DNA of 64,000 nt. It comes from Octopus sinensis (lineage: Eukaryota). This document shows positions 27,168-41,400 of the stretch, in pieces; positions within the stretch are counted from its first letter, which is position 1, and the number at the start of each line of letters is the position of its first letter. A program made the position numbers and the translations under genes. Below the pieces are notes generated by a model that ran no database searches, had not been told where the DNA came from, and worked only from the letters and a program-made list of their open reading frames with translations. The stretch covers positions 16,492,001 to 16,556,000 of the forward strand of contig NC_042998.1 of assembly GCF_006345805.1 (NCBI RefSeq), read 5' to 3'.

Positions 27168-30100
27168 TTGTGTGTATGTATGTAAGTTTGTATGTATAAC
27201 AATGTATGTATATGTATGTACATCTGTAGTTTCTCATATTCTTCTCTGTAGAAAAGTAAAATCACAGAAATCCTTACGTAGAAAGAATAAAAAAGGACCT
27301 AAGTTGAAAAGAGATAACACAATCTAGCATACGACCTAGCTTGAATAAAACGTTTAAAACTAAAACGACGCTAGAAGTGAAATGATGACATAAACACACA
27401 CACCCTCAAACGCGCACACACACACACGTATATATAATTCTGTATATACATGTGTACGCATGTCTCCTTCTATAGAAATATCTACGTACACATTCATTCA
27501 AGATTTAAAGAAATAGAGTGGGGCAGATAATATGTTCAATGAAATATGTTAAATATCGATATGACCATTGATCAATTGGTACATATAAACATACAAAACG
27601 CCTTACGTTTAATACTCTGAAAAACTTGTTTAGATAGGTTTGGTCAATATAAGCTTTATGAGTTATACATTGCTTTTATACATTGTCTTTATACGAAAAC
27701 CTAAATTATATTAAAGTAGCCTTTGAAATTTTAAGAAGACAGTATAATAAAACTCAGTAACTGAAATTATAACCATACAAAATGATAAAAAGTGATAATC
27801 ATAGAAATTAGAGGAACACGTCACCACTATACTTCATAAACACTATCTTCTTTGAGTGGAAGACATTTTAACTATTCAGATATATATACAGTCTCCTCGC
27901 TTCACCTAAACATTAACAGTTAACAGGTTTTGTGTATTTCTATATGTTATGTCTAACGTGTCTTACACGCTACAATCATTTTAGTTTCAACACATCAAAA
28001 CATTTACCGTATAAGTAAGTCTTCTTAAATCTATTCTTCTTGCTGAGAGAATTACTCGCTGATTTTGTATACTGTGTTGCTATGGATAAGAAGTTACAGA
28101 GTGTCTACAATGTTTTGTTAATTCCAGTCATAATAAAATATTCCAGACGTAATGATGTAAGAACTAATAAGGCATTTGGGATTATTTTATCGACTATAAT
28201 CCAGACCGTTCACAGACACGTTCGCAAACGCATGCACGTACACAGATTCAGACACACATTTATTCTACCAAGCAAAGATGATGGGTTCTTTTAATGTCAG
28301 AAATCAATAAACTTGAAGTCTGCAATATGGAGATCAATCGCTCATAAACCTAAACTTACCCCATAAATCCACACACACGTAAACTTTAAAAAAAGTATAA
28401 ACATTAAGTCATATAATTACCCCAGCTTTAATAGTCTGACTAGACCGAAAATAAGCGGCGTTAATAAAGCAGATATTTTCTTGAGTAATTATCACGCATT
28501 TTTATGAGGAATTAACATAGCGTAGATTTTCTCGGAAACAAGATATATGATATGTTGTTACAATTCTTTTTACAGATAAATCAATTGTCTTAGCGTTCCT
28601 CTGCGCCAATTACATTGTAATTTCTTCCTAATGTGTTTTTGGAAACGAATTCTTTTATTCGGCAATTCCAAATCTAATTATGTGATGTAAATGTAGTCAA
28701 TGAAATTGATTTCAAAGTATTACAGATATTCCTAATATAACCTAAGGCAAATATATGGGGGGGTGAGTTGTGTGTGTGCGCGCGTGTGTGTGTGTGTGTG
28801 TGTGTGTGTTTAACTGTTAAATTAGGCACTTTGAATCATAGGCTTCCGCTGTGTTATAGGTAATTTATAGCGTAAGTGATGTTTAAATCAAGCGTAATAA
28901 AACGGAGAGTGAGACAATGTACTCCAGTGAGTTATCTAATATTTTATAATCTACTCATTATAACAGAGAGGTAATGATAACCGGTTAACTTTTAAATGAT
29001 TTATCATAATTCTATAAAGAAAGAACTGGATTAGTTATAATTTTTTTTCTTTAAAATTTGAAAATGTTATGCAATTATATACGAGCAATTTACTAAATGA
29101 AGATACACTGCATATTACGTAAATTCATTATATGTATTGATGCAATTAGTTGTGAGATATAGACAAAATAATATTAATTTTATGCAAGTTTATCAAACAA
29201 ATACACAACATAAAACAGAGAGGAGAAATAATCATCTTATGAAGGAGACGTGTTCATTCTAATATGGCATGCCTTAATGCGAATATTAAGATTTGACTCC
29301 GCTCAGTTGCATAATTGAAAATTTATAAGTTAAAAGTATAGGAAAATGTCCTGCATTAATGTGTATTAAATTACTGGATTCTTATGTATAACGCTCAAGT
29401 CAAGCATAGAATTGAAGATGCATTTAGACTAACACTCTTCTGGAGTCTGCATTTTGCATGATGATTCAAAACATGTAATTTGAGTACATGTAGTTTAAAA
29501 TTAAGTTTTTCTAACCATTTTAGAGAAGAGACAAGACTCTAGCTTATGTTTTTATGAATGTATTCGATAAGATTATTTTTGTTATGAATAAATGTAGATG
29601 CAAATTGCAAGTTGAATGTTAAATCGAGCAGGGATTGGATTACATTAGGTGACGTTTATTATTATTTACATGAAGGCAAGAGGACATTAACAATTATGCT
29701 TCTTAGGTGTTCTGTTTTCTCATGCTGCCAAGCTTAACTTAGCTATTTTACCTTTCGAAACTGATAAAGTAAGGCCCCAGCCAAGTACCAGCGTAGAGTA
29801 TGTGAGTATTCTAATCTATTTAGTGTAGCCGGCATTTTAACTGAATGAGAAGCAAAAAGGTCTTTAATTGCAGTAACCAGTGATTGAATCAGTAAACATG
29901 TTTCTTTCGATATATCTACATTGCATCAATGAGTTATACATCAAACTATTTGACAGCCAGCTTCACATATATATTTCTGACTATTGTTGAATAATTGTCA
30001 TATAGAAATAACAATGTTAACTGAGTGTATAACAAGTAGATTATATGTAAACGGAAAGTACAGCGCATAAATATACATGAACGAGCTCGATGCAATCGAC

Positions 30101-31369
30101 TAACCCATAAATGTGCTGGCCTTATGAAGGAATTAGAAACAAGTACATAAAATTTCTAATGAATTCCATAAAAGAAAACTATAAAATAATTGTCTAAATT
30201 TTGGGAAAGAATAGCACATTTTTAAAGAAGGGGAACAATCAAATATATCGACACTAGTGCTCAACCGGTACTAATTTTGTGGACCTTGAAAGAATACAAA
30301 ACAGGATCGAAATCTGTAGTATTTGAACATAAAATATAAAGCCAGTAGAAATGTCACTAAACATCTGTCCCATGCGGTAACGATATTGTCAGCGTACGAC
30401 CTTCCGCGGTCATTAAATTATAGTCATTATTGTATACGCAATAATTGTCGATACACTATATTGTTACTGAAAACAGTATTATAGTAAGGCATCTACGAGT
30501 ATTTGATTCGATAGATTATGTTTCTCCTGTTAAATGTATAATTAGCTCAGTCAGCGAAAATGTGTAAACAAAATGTAAAGGTGTTTTAGGCCGTTTATTG
30601 CTTAAAATTTAACTCTTCATCATGAATGTTGGTTTGTTTTCATTTGTTCTACTTAATATCAAAACAAAATGGGCGAATAATAACATAAAACAAGTTCAGA
30701 ATATTTGTAATTATATCATTCATACTGTATCACTAAATAACAAATCGAGGGAAATTTATGATATCTATTATTGTAAAAATATAAAATTTATGATATTCAG
30801 TATTTTTATAAGTGTTCCTTATATATTTTCGCTCGTTTATAATTATGACCAACTATAAAACATGATTAATATCTTATTAAGCAAAATTCTGTATTTTATG
30901 TATCTATATATAAATATATTTCTAATACATTTTTGAATAGCATGTATTGCCAGCACTAAGGGAAGGAGTATATCGAGTACATAGACCCCACTACTAAACT
31001 GGTACTCATTTTATGCAGGCCGAAAAGATTAAAGGCAAATACAGCTTCGGCGGAAATTGAACTCAGAACGCAAAGACGGACGAAAAGCTGCTAAGCATTT
31101 TATATTGTGTGCTAACGGTTTTGACAGCTCACCACACTTTACAGGCTGCATGGATGAAAAATTGCAGAAAAGTAATCGTACAAGCTATAATATTGTGATA
31201 TTCTTGACCTTCATCAGAAAAAAAATGTTTGCCCCGACTAAGAGGGCCACTGTGAGTCATGAAATGCAGTGTCATTTACATTATGTATGTATTTATGTAT
31301 GCATGTTCGTATGTATGTTTGTTTGTATGTATGCATTTATGTGTGTGTATATATATATATATGTGTGTA

Positions 31370-31500
31370 TAGGGAGAATTCACAAAAAAACAAAAGAGGA
31401 AGACGAGTGGTATAGACAACAAACAGATGTATTAGTATAACGCTCGGGATGTGAAAAAGGCTTTAACGTTTCGTGCCTACGTTCCTCCACAGAAAGTAAC
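31370..31500 (-). mobile_element. (TA)n-adjacent element with hammerhead-like motif (CUGUGGA core family), copy 1
   Basis: Homologous to 43564-43745; the minus strand at 31461-31496 reads CUUU-CUGUGGA-GGAACGUAGGCAC-GAAACGU-U-AAAG. Confidence 0.6.
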
Positions 31501-32909
31501 TCAGAAAGAAAACGGAGAGGAAATAAAGAATGTGTAAAAACTCAACGAGTATAGGAGTGAGTGGACAAACGGCAGAAGGGAACCCAACACACACAGACAC
31601 ACACATATATAAAAGCCAATATGAAACTGTACCCCTACAGAGGTGTCAACGACAACGCGACTAACTTTACCTCAATGCTTTTACAGAAGAAATTTATAAA
31701 TCTGAGCCTTAGTAATCTTCCTGTAAAATTACAAAATGAACAAAATGCAATATTTGCTACTTCTTGCAAATTTACCGGACACTACTACTCAGAATGGTTA
31801 AAGAAAATTTGCTCGTGTAAATATTTGTTTATTTTTCATTAATGCTAACTAATTTCTAAACAAATATTTGAATTCGGAATTTCGGGAAATTTCAACAAAA
31901 GAGAAAACACATCCTCTGTAGAAGTAAAGCAAAAAAAAAAATCAGAACGTTGATTCTTCGCGCAGAGAAATTATTAATTTTAAAACGTGTTGAGAGACTC
32001 GACATAATTATGGCTTTGAAACTTTGACATCATACAACGTATTTCATTTTAGTCTTCTGAGGTTTGCCAGCTCGCCGCATTGATTAGTGTGAAAATCTCT
32101 GATTTGTTACAGATAAGAACAGTAAGTAGTTTGACTAGGTTAAGAATTTGATACATTTTCTTCGTGTTGCAGCTTTTATTTTCTGGTGATATATTTCATA
32201 GTGTCAAAGAAACAATTCTGGTTAACTCTGCTGAAATGGCTTAACCTTTACAAGAGGGTGAACGATCTGCGAAGGAAATATATTAGTAAATTGTGAGGAG
32301 GTATGCCTTAGTTTGTTGAACAAACCAGACATTTCTTATATATTTTGTATGATGTATGACTTTCGTGTACCAAATCGCTGATAGAAGATAAGCAAGCAAC
32401 TGATAAGTATCTTTATTCACACAAGCAATATGATCTCTTATTTATACATAAGTCTATAAATACCTACGTGAAAAACATCTAAAACACACTTAAAACTTAC
32501 CAAACACTACACAAACGCCTATCAGTCTATCTTTCTCTCCCTTTCTCTCTCTCCCTCTCTCTCTCTCTACACACGCACGCACACACACACACCTCTAAAC
32601 ACTTGCACACATAAACACACATCTATGAGTGTAAGTTTTCTATAATTGTACTTTATGTTTCTATGTGTATTTGTGATTTTAGAGTGTAAAGGAGGTGTAT
32701 TAGATTCCATATAAATTAAAGCATAAATTTGTAAATGACTATTAACAGGTTCAGAAAACATCAATGTAAAAGCTGACAGGAATATTGGCATTTACAAACT
32801 TTTCATATCGCAATATATGCTTCATATTTCTGAAACTATATTGTCGTATTTTAACATGAAAAGGAAGGGAATGTCGAAAATTTTTAAAAAATTATAGTAA
32901 CAAAATAAA

Positions 32910-32910
<1 letters not shown>

Positions 32911-32960
<50 letters not shown>

Positions 32961-32961
32961 G

Positions 32962-33005
<44 letters not shown>
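32911..33005. repeat. (CTA)n microsatellite at the SINE C tail
   Basis: Read directly from the sequence. Confidence 0.95.
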
Positions 33006-33006
<1 letters not shown>

Positions 33007-33235
33007 TTTCTTTATTACCCACAAGGGGCTAAACACAGAGGGGACAGACAAGGACAGACATAAGTATTAAGTCGATTACATCGACCCCAGTGCGTAACTG
33101 GTACTTAATTTATCGACCCCGAAAGGAGGAAAGGCAAAGTCGACCTCGGCGGAATTTGAACTCACAACGTAACACAGGCGAAATACTGCTAAGCATTTCG
33201 CCCGGCGTGCTAACGTTTCTGCCAGCTCACCGCCT
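33006..33235 (-). mobile_element. tRNA-derived SINE family C, near full length
   Basis: Minus-strand head GGCGGTGAGCTGGCAGAAACG...B-box GAGTTCAAATTCC. Confidence 0.85.
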
Positions 33236-33449
33236 TACTATTACTACTACTACTACCACCACCACCACCACCACTAGGTCCTCCATACTCAACACATGCG
33301 TGTACAAATCACGTCAAATGACAGAAATGGTTCAGGAAAGATAATAAACAGGTTATTGAGGCTTCCTACACCACGACGTGTCAACTAATAGACGTCCCAA
33401 ACACTAAACAAATATATAGAATCTAATGGAACCTATATATGCTTTTCTT

Positions 33450-35480
33450 GTTAATAACGAATTTTTCCCTGACTTACAAAAGGAATGCAAACGTGGGTCT
33501 TATCGATGCGGAGCTCAACAATTAATAGAATGATTTTTGAACTTTGTCACGGTTGGAAAAAAAAAATCATTTCCACGTGGACTGCATCGACTACAAGAAG
33601 GTCTTTAATAATCTTTCTGACAACTAGATAAAGGGATGCTTGGAGATTAGCAAAATTTCACCTGCAATAAGAAATTTTGTAACCTTCACTATTAAGATTC
33701 AAATAGAATCGTTATCCCTTTACGTCTTCAGCGTAACCCCGGTTCCTCTAAGTAAGCTCCTGAAAGAAACAAATTATGCATGTAGGGTGTATTGAAAAAC
33801 AATAATCTTCTCTTCACAAAAATTATCAACTACTGCAAGCACTTCTACAATACTTATTAACAACTGTAAGCACTCATACTCAGAATGAAACGATTTAGTA
33901 ATGACACGAAAATGGAATTTGTGCTTGGCGAATATACCAGGGGTGTATTTACCAAGGAAAATCTATTAATTACATGCAGAAATCACCATTTGGAGCATCA
34001 AGGAGATGCAAGAATTAGAACTTCTTGCCAGTTATAAATGTCTAGTTGTACGTGATGGAGATGGGATTCAGCATTCACTAATGAGAAAAGAAGACAAGGA
34101 AGGATTGCTACCGTAAATTTAAAAAACATCATTCTGAAAACCAGGCTGAATGTCAGGAACAAAATTTTGGCTATAAATCTATTGACTATGTCTATAATCA
34201 CATACGATTTCAATATTACAAACTGGTCTATTTCTGTGATCAACAAAATTGATGTCAAAATACGAAAGATGATGACAATGCATAGCATGCATCACTCGAA
34301 AGCAAACGCTGACTTAATATACCTCACGGGGAAAAGAAGGTAGATGGACTTTAATACTATCTCAACTCTCATTTATAATTGCAACCATGGGGCTTTCTGC
34401 CTACCTGTAACAAACAAACTATTGGATGTTAATAAAGGTTCTGAAACATGAAGATAACAAGAAATCAAACTCAGAGAGGAAAAACGCGAAAATAACCTTC
34501 CGAGTAATGCAGCCGGAATAACTGTTATGTGTAGAAGTGTCCCCAACAGAGAAGGCAAAATAAATAAATAAAAACATCGGAGAACAAAGCAAATTCCAAT
34601 ATATTGGGGATGAAATAGGTGAAATGGCAAACATGAGGATCCTGATGTAGATCAAGTCATAACTCATCACTGATTGATATGTAGCAAATCACAAACGTAG
34701 GGGTGTATCATTGGTGCTCACGACCAGTCCCTTTCTGCTTCGAGTTAAGAGAGTAATCTTCTCAATTATGGCAGCAGTTCGTCATGCCGCATATGCAGGA
34801 ATCCCTTACATACACTCGACCACATAATCTCTGGATACGGCAGACTGGCACCAAAAGAATACTTCAAACGGCATGGATTTGTAGTCGAGTATATGCCCTG
34901 GTCAACATGCTACATATATAACATCACTCACAAAAGAGGTTGGTAGGAATACAAGCAACCACAAGTTGCCCATCATGCTCAGATTACCATCCTTTCGAAT
35001 TCCAATGTGCAGAATGATAGTGGAACACAGGTAGCCTCGCCTGATCTCATTACAATTGTTATATTTCAGAGACTTGCCTTCTAACTGATGTTGCAAAAGC
35101 ACATCTCTGGAAGTGTTTGAAAAACTGAGCAACTATAATGGATTAGTTAATGAAATCGAAAGAATTTAGCATCTCAAAACAGCATTACTACCGATATTAT
35201 TGGTGGGGCACTTAAAATGATTTTAAGGGAAGCAAACCAGTATATTCAGCAAATCACTGGTAGCTCTCAAATAAGCAAATTAGAAAAGATCATACTGATG
35301 AGTACTTCACATATTCTACATAAGTAACTCTTCATGCAAATACAGCCGTGCTCTGCTTTTTTTTTCTCTTACAAACATCAGTGTGATCTCAGTGGCATCT
35401 CACTTGCAAATCATTGTTGCTTTTGATGACTATTGTGGTGACCTGAGCACAAAGCCTATAAATTTATGCAAAACGAAAAC
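33450..35480 (+). mobile_element. Degenerate R4/Dong-like RLE LINE (RT to endonuclease, plus 3' UTR)
   Basis: Broken frames give KECKRGSY, CIDYKKVF, FSNDTKMEF, GIQHSLM, LNVRNKILAIN, KIRKMMTMHSMHHSKA, a C-terminal PD-type endonuclease region and a STSHILH end. Confidence 0.8.
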
Positions 35481-35535
<55 letters not shown>

Positions 35536-35546
35536 TAATAATAATA
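35481..35546. repeat. (AAT)n microsatellite
   Basis: Read directly from the sequence. Confidence 0.95.
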
Positions 35547-36292
35547 AACCATTGACCATGGGTCTCCAAGTGCAGTCTTCTAGCACCTACATAGTATCTC
35601 AACAGACACGGTAGAGCTGCACAATATATTCACTGGGTAATCTGCAAAAACCTGGATTTGCCCCATGAAAAAAACTGGTGGGAACATAGACAACCCCCAG
35701 TGCTTGAAAATGACCACATCTCACTCCTCTGGAACTTCACCATTCAAACTGACAGAAAGATAGATGCAAATATGCCAGACATCATATTGAAAGACTTCAA
35801 ATAAAGAACATGCCTCCTCATTGATATGACTGTCCCAATCGATATAAGCGTATCTGTCAAGACCTACCAAAAACTGAGCAGATATAAAGATCTTGAAAAA
35901 GAAATCAGCAAAATGTGGAAGCTGAAGACTAAAACAATACCTGTTGTCATAGGTGCCCTGGGATTGATAGCGAAAGGGGCTGATTGCTACCTAACTCAGA
36001 TACCAGGTAACCCCAAAATGGCAGAAATTCAAAAGATAGTGCTCATGGGAACTGCTCATATCCTACGCAAAATACTTTCTATGTAATCTCAAGGTTTAAA
36101 ACAAACATAATTTTCGGTTTTTAAAAAAGTTTTTTTTAGAAATTCATTAGTAAAACACCAAAAACTCCCCCCCCCCCAATATATGGCACACTAGGCATAA
36201 CAACAACATGAACTTCCAGCCTGTTGTCTCTTGAGGTCTCTGGGTGAGACTTGGAGCCAACTTGTACAAATATAAAGAAAAAGTCAAACATA

Positions 36293-36294
<2 letters not shown>
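35547..36294 (+). mobile_element. 5'-truncated R4/Dong-like LINE (end of CCHC region, RLE domain, 3' UTR) between two (AAT)n arrays
   Basis: AAQYIHWVICK...WNFTIQTDRKIDANMPDII...LIDMTVP...KYKDL-like KLSRYKDLEKEISKMWKLKTKTIPVVIGALG...GTAHILRK; (AAT)n at 35481-35546 and 36295-36359. Confidence 0.9.
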
Positions 36295-36360
<66 letters not shown>

Positions 36361-36420
36361 TACTTATTCAATCGGTTTCTTTTGCCGAACCACTAAGTTA
36401 TGGGGACGTGACAAATACAT

Positions 36421-36612
36421 GACAAAACACCAGGACTTACAAACACATATAACATACAGGAAATTGCACTACTGGGCACTGCACACATCCTACGTAGAAC
36501 GCTTTCCATACAATAACCATCAGAGCATCACAACAAATCACAGCACATACCCAAGGCACACAGAGCTGCGCTCGGTGGTGAAGTGAAAGCACGCTATAAA
36601 AAATAAAACTAC
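36421..36612 (+). mobile_element. 3' end of a second R4/Dong-like subfamily, followed by (AAT)n (36613-36710)
   Basis: Nearly identical to 59788-59980; encodes IQEIALLGTAHILRRTLSIQ*. Confidence 0.85.
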
Positions 36613-36622
36613 TGAATAATAA

Positions 36623-36710
<88 letters not shown>

Positions 36711-36711
<1 letters not shown>

Positions 36712-37700
36712 TCTTTCAAGTAGTGCGATCGTATTGGTTAATCTCCGCTTGCGTCCATTTCAGGATGGTTGCAATATAGCGAACTAGAGCAATCGCACAT
36801 ATGTTCATGACAGTTTCACGGTTCCTTGAGTTGAGTTTGGATTTCAGGTCCAGCTCCAGGACGCCAAGGTACTTTTACTCATTATCAACCGGGTATTCCA
36901 CTCTCTCTCCGTTTGGCAATACTATGCCCCTAAAATGTACTCTTTTTCTCCCGCTTCAAAGTAAGCACAGCACACGTCGTGATACGGAATTCCACCCCCG
37001 TATCCTTTCTTCATATTCGCACAGTCTCAACCAGCCTCTCAATTTCAGGCTCTGCTTTATGCGAGCATTTTTAAATCATCCATGAAGAGAATGCGGTTGA
37101 GACGAGGTCCATTCTTTCTCAGCCTATAGTGTGCGTTGACTATGCGTAGGACTGCAGAAAGTAGGAACAAAGGCTAAAACAAATAATAGAAGTAACCAAG
37201 AGTCTCCTTGGAAGATAACTCTTGTGGTTGTTACCTCGGCTAAGTGCTGGCTGTTACAGGAAAGAGGTGTTTTTAAATTAAGTATGCTGCTCTTAATCAG
37301 TGCACTCATATTTTCATCTATTCCACACATGTCGAGTGTTTCCAAAATCCACGAATACGGCAACATTGTAAGACTTTTTGTAGTCTATCCAGGCCATGCA
37401 TAAGTTTTTTGTTGGTACTGTTTACAGTTCTTCATTAACCCTGTCTGTCACAAGGTGGTCCTTCGTGCTGTTGATTACTTTTCGGCATCCCTTTTGTTCT
37501 ACTGGCAATAGAATGCTTTCCGCAAGGAATGTATATATTTTCCCTGCGAGGATACCTGTTAATACTTTCCATAGGAGGTTAAGACAAGCAATGGGTCGGT
37601 AATTGCCATCCTCATTACCATTTGACTTATCTGTCATTGACAATGTTGTTTTCCCTCTACCATCCACTACTGAAATGCACCGCTCTGTAAGCAATTCTCT
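36711..37700 (-). mobile_element. R4/Dong-like RT segment, inverted relative to the adjacent downstream segment
   Basis: Minus strand gives NYRPIACLNLLWKVLTG...EQKGCRK...IFQGDS...KYLGVL...SKLNSRN...LVRYIATILKWTQAEINQYDRTT. Confidence 0.85.
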
Positions 37701-38400
37701 AATCGCAACGCAATTCTCTGTGTGTTGACAGGTTCGACATGAAGAGGGAAAAAGGTGGACGTGAGCTGATTAGCGTCAAGGAGGTACATCAACAGTGAAA
37801 GAAGAATCAAGGCAGAACATTTGGTAAACTGCAAACGAGAGCGGCAACAGTATGCTGCTAATGCAGAAGCATTTAACAAAAATGGGCTTGAGAGTGCTCA
37901 CGAATTCCGATTAAAAGCAACTAACAAGATAGAAGAAACCCTACTCCGCATAGAATTATATGGTCAGTTCTACCGTGAAACCAACAAATTAAACGCATCA
38001 TGAAGGTGACTTAACAAGGGTGACCTACAAAAGAATACTGAGAGCATAATCAACGCTGCCCAGGACCAGGCATTGATTACCAACTCAGAGAAAAAGAATA
38101 TATGTCACACAAGTCCAACGGATCTCTTCAGAATATGTGGGGAAAGGGTCGAAAGTGTGAATCACATTGTTAGTGCTTGTGAAAGTGTTGTGCAGGGAAA
38201 GTATCATGCGTAGACACGACAATGTAGCCCAAACGATCCACTGGTTACTATGCCGTAAGTATGGATATGAGGTTACTGATGCTTGTTACCAACAAACAAG
38301 GAAAGGTAACGAACGAAAAGGGGAAGGAAAAAATGCTCTGGGATTTGACTTTACTAGCAAAAATGTGTTGTACTATCCTCTAGTTGATATAGTAGTAGCG
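37701..38400 (+). mobile_element. Continuation of the same R4/Dong-like ORF (thumb, CCHC region, start of RLE) in plus orientation
   Basis: CVDRFDMKREKGGRELISV...LYGQFYRE...IINAAQDQ...RICGERVESVNHIVSAC...RHDNVAQTIHWLLCRKYG...WDF. Confidence 0.8.
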
Positions 38401-41400
38401 ATGATTGATTTGACGCAAATGAGTTGACTGGTGTATTCCGCAGAAACCCGTTAAATTAGTGACATGTGATAGACAGACACAATAAAATATATATTTGGAC
38501 CTTTTGTCTCATATGCTGAAATGGAGCGTATTGTATGGGGGAAATAAATATTCCTGCAGTCATTAGTAATTAATTTTTAATAAAGTTGCTAGTGATTTTG
38601 GAATAGCGTGCGGTAAATTTTCGCCTTCCACTGATGGTTTCCAGTAGAACGAAATCACGTGATGTGGGAATGCCCTTGCCTCTCGTGCGTTACGATTTAT
38701 GTGTGTGCTTTTATGCACCAAGTGCCATACGAGAGAATCTCTCAAGGATAATAACACAGTATTCATTGTTCTAACGAGACATCCATGTTCAGTTTGTTAT
38801 AAAGATTGCTTTTTGATATTAATACTTCTTTTATCGCTAACAATTAAATTCATTTGTTGGCATGACAAGGTTTAAGTAAACAAATAACTCATCCGTTGGC
38901 TAAATAATGCATTTTGTTTAAAACCCATGTATCGAAGCTGGACGAATTGAAAATTTAACAACGTGACAGTAAATAATAGAGAAAAGGGTGAATCAATAGA
39001 AGGTAAGCATAATGATCACAAGTACCTGGTGTAAGATTAATGTGCAAACAGAGCGGCATGTGATTAATGAAGAGCACATCCTGAATCTATTATGAAACCT
39101 ATTTGAAATATGATAAAAGAGATTCTCCGTAGCACTAAGGCAGATCTGTGGAAGAAGATGGGGTTCTTGTTTAATACATTTAAGGGAGAATTGAAATGAA
39201 ACGAAAAGGAAAAGAAGGAGAATAAAATAAAGAAAAGAAACGAAATTGCTTCTGTAGTTTAAAGATAGATGGAAGAACGTCAGACAATGCGGCATTAATT
39301 TATACGTGGGATGATCTTACAAGGGCTTTTTTTTTACTTGAGATATATCACTTGAAATGTCTTAGGCTTAGGGACAAACACTAACGATAATGAATTTTTG
39401 GGGACAATGGCAGAGGAGAAATGGAGAAAATGATACAGATGACGGCGAAGATTATATGTATGTGACTACATAAACCTTAAATACAGAAATATATACTTTA
39501 GGTAGTCGAAAATGAAAGGAATCCTGTATATGACAAGGGGTTAAGGGATGAAATGTAAATAAGAAATATAAATTACAAATATATAGTTAAAGATGAAGTT
39601 AAGTAGAAAATTTAAAATTTAGCCTAAAAAGAATTAATATTAAATGAAGAAATATGATAAAGATGAGAAAATAAAGGAGGGGATCGCTATAAACCATTGG
39701 ATAAACCATCTTAGAGTACTGAGAATGACACGTCACAGTAGAAAATAACAAATGAAAGTTTGTGAGTTATGATTAAATTTATAACCTGACGGTTTGTAAA
39801 CCGTCCTTTTAAGAAAATGCTAAGTGAAAATGGTAACTCTTGCAAATAATACATTAATCAAACATCTTGTTAAAGTGTCGAATCTAAACTGGTATAGGAC
39901 GAATTTAACATGCCCGCTGACGTAACTCGAGTGGCAAATGTAGAAATCCTAGAAGAGTAAAAGACACATGTCAATCATAGGAGTTACAGGTACATAAAAT
40001 AACAAGATAGCGTAAAATATTAATACATTAATGCAAGTATATAAAAACTGACACAGACAGAGTAGAATATAGAAAATGAGGGTATAACATATGTCTGTAC
40101 ACAAAAAAGAGAAATTATACCACTATAAACACAAGAAAACACTAGTCTCCAGTGGTACATAAGAGATATAAATCTATAAAAATATCAAAAGAAAGTAATA
40201 TAAAATATGGGAAAAATATACCTATAACATATACTAATATATAACTACATAAATAATAACAGAAAATAAGAGAAAAATATCAGAAAAAGAATCTAATTAT
40301 GAATTGAGATAGCAAATCTTAATATTTATGTCTGAGATTGGAAATATGAGTATATGGGAATTACTAATTATCTACATATAATATAAATGATCAATTGTTA
40401 ACTAGCGGCCGGAGGATCGAACAAGGAGCAGATAACATTAGATCACGTATGGTAATATTTCACAAAAAATATGGAACGAGTGTTTAGATTAATTGAAAAA
40501 TATATAGTGCAATTGCTAAAAATATATTGTATAAAATTTAGATGATAAAGTACCACACACAGACACACACATATATATATTCAAGGAGTGAATAATTCAA
40601 GAGAAATATTTGGGAAGATATTAAAATTAATCAAAGGACATACCAAGTTTGTCTACCTGCTGGAAATTGGAGTTAAGATTGTTATTTAAATGGCCGAAGA
40701 AAAGCATTGATAATAACTACAGAAAACAACCGTTTGCGGGCAAACGGTTTAAAACAAACTTTCAATATGCATTCAAGTATTTTGACTCACGTGGTCCAGT
40801 TTCTGGACAGGTATTAACCTCCCCCAGCACGCGTTACCATGATGGAAAGCTGCAACTCGTCACGTTGAAATCTGCATTGCAATTCATTCCTTTTGCACCG
40901 AATCATAACAACCATCAATGTGAAAATAATTTCAATACGGGGCAAATAATTCAGGAAAAATATTTGCAAAGATATTATTGACTCTCTTATTATCTAGCGT
41001 AACAATTAAAAATGATAGTAAGAGAATCAATAATATAATCGATTGCAGGCCCCGAAATATGCTTGTGACGCGTTCGCAAGTAAATCATTGTGTTTTGTCT
41101 TGGAGAAAATTTTTCTTTGTTGAAAAATCGTGTAAATACACCTAAATGCCACAGCAGCCCCACCCAACCAAACTGTGAGTTGTTAACATTTCGGAATGGT
41201 TATCTCTTCCAGAACCGAACTGGTACGTTTCAGGTTGGCAACACAGATTGTCTCTCTTCTGCTATTCCTGTATCCATACGCCTATCAGCGGTTCACTGTA
41301 AACAAATTGCAGAATGGAAATGCTAAGCAATGATGCCTGTATAAGTAATGTTATTATTAGTTCAAATATGTTAGTGGTACGTTGTCAGTTTTACGATCTG

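Noticed and set aside
32053-32300. Candidate exons SSEVCQLAALISVKISDLLQIRT and FYFLVIYFIVSKKQFW (vaguely GPCR TM7-like)
   Set aside because: Similarity is too weak and no upstream TM segments could be assembled.
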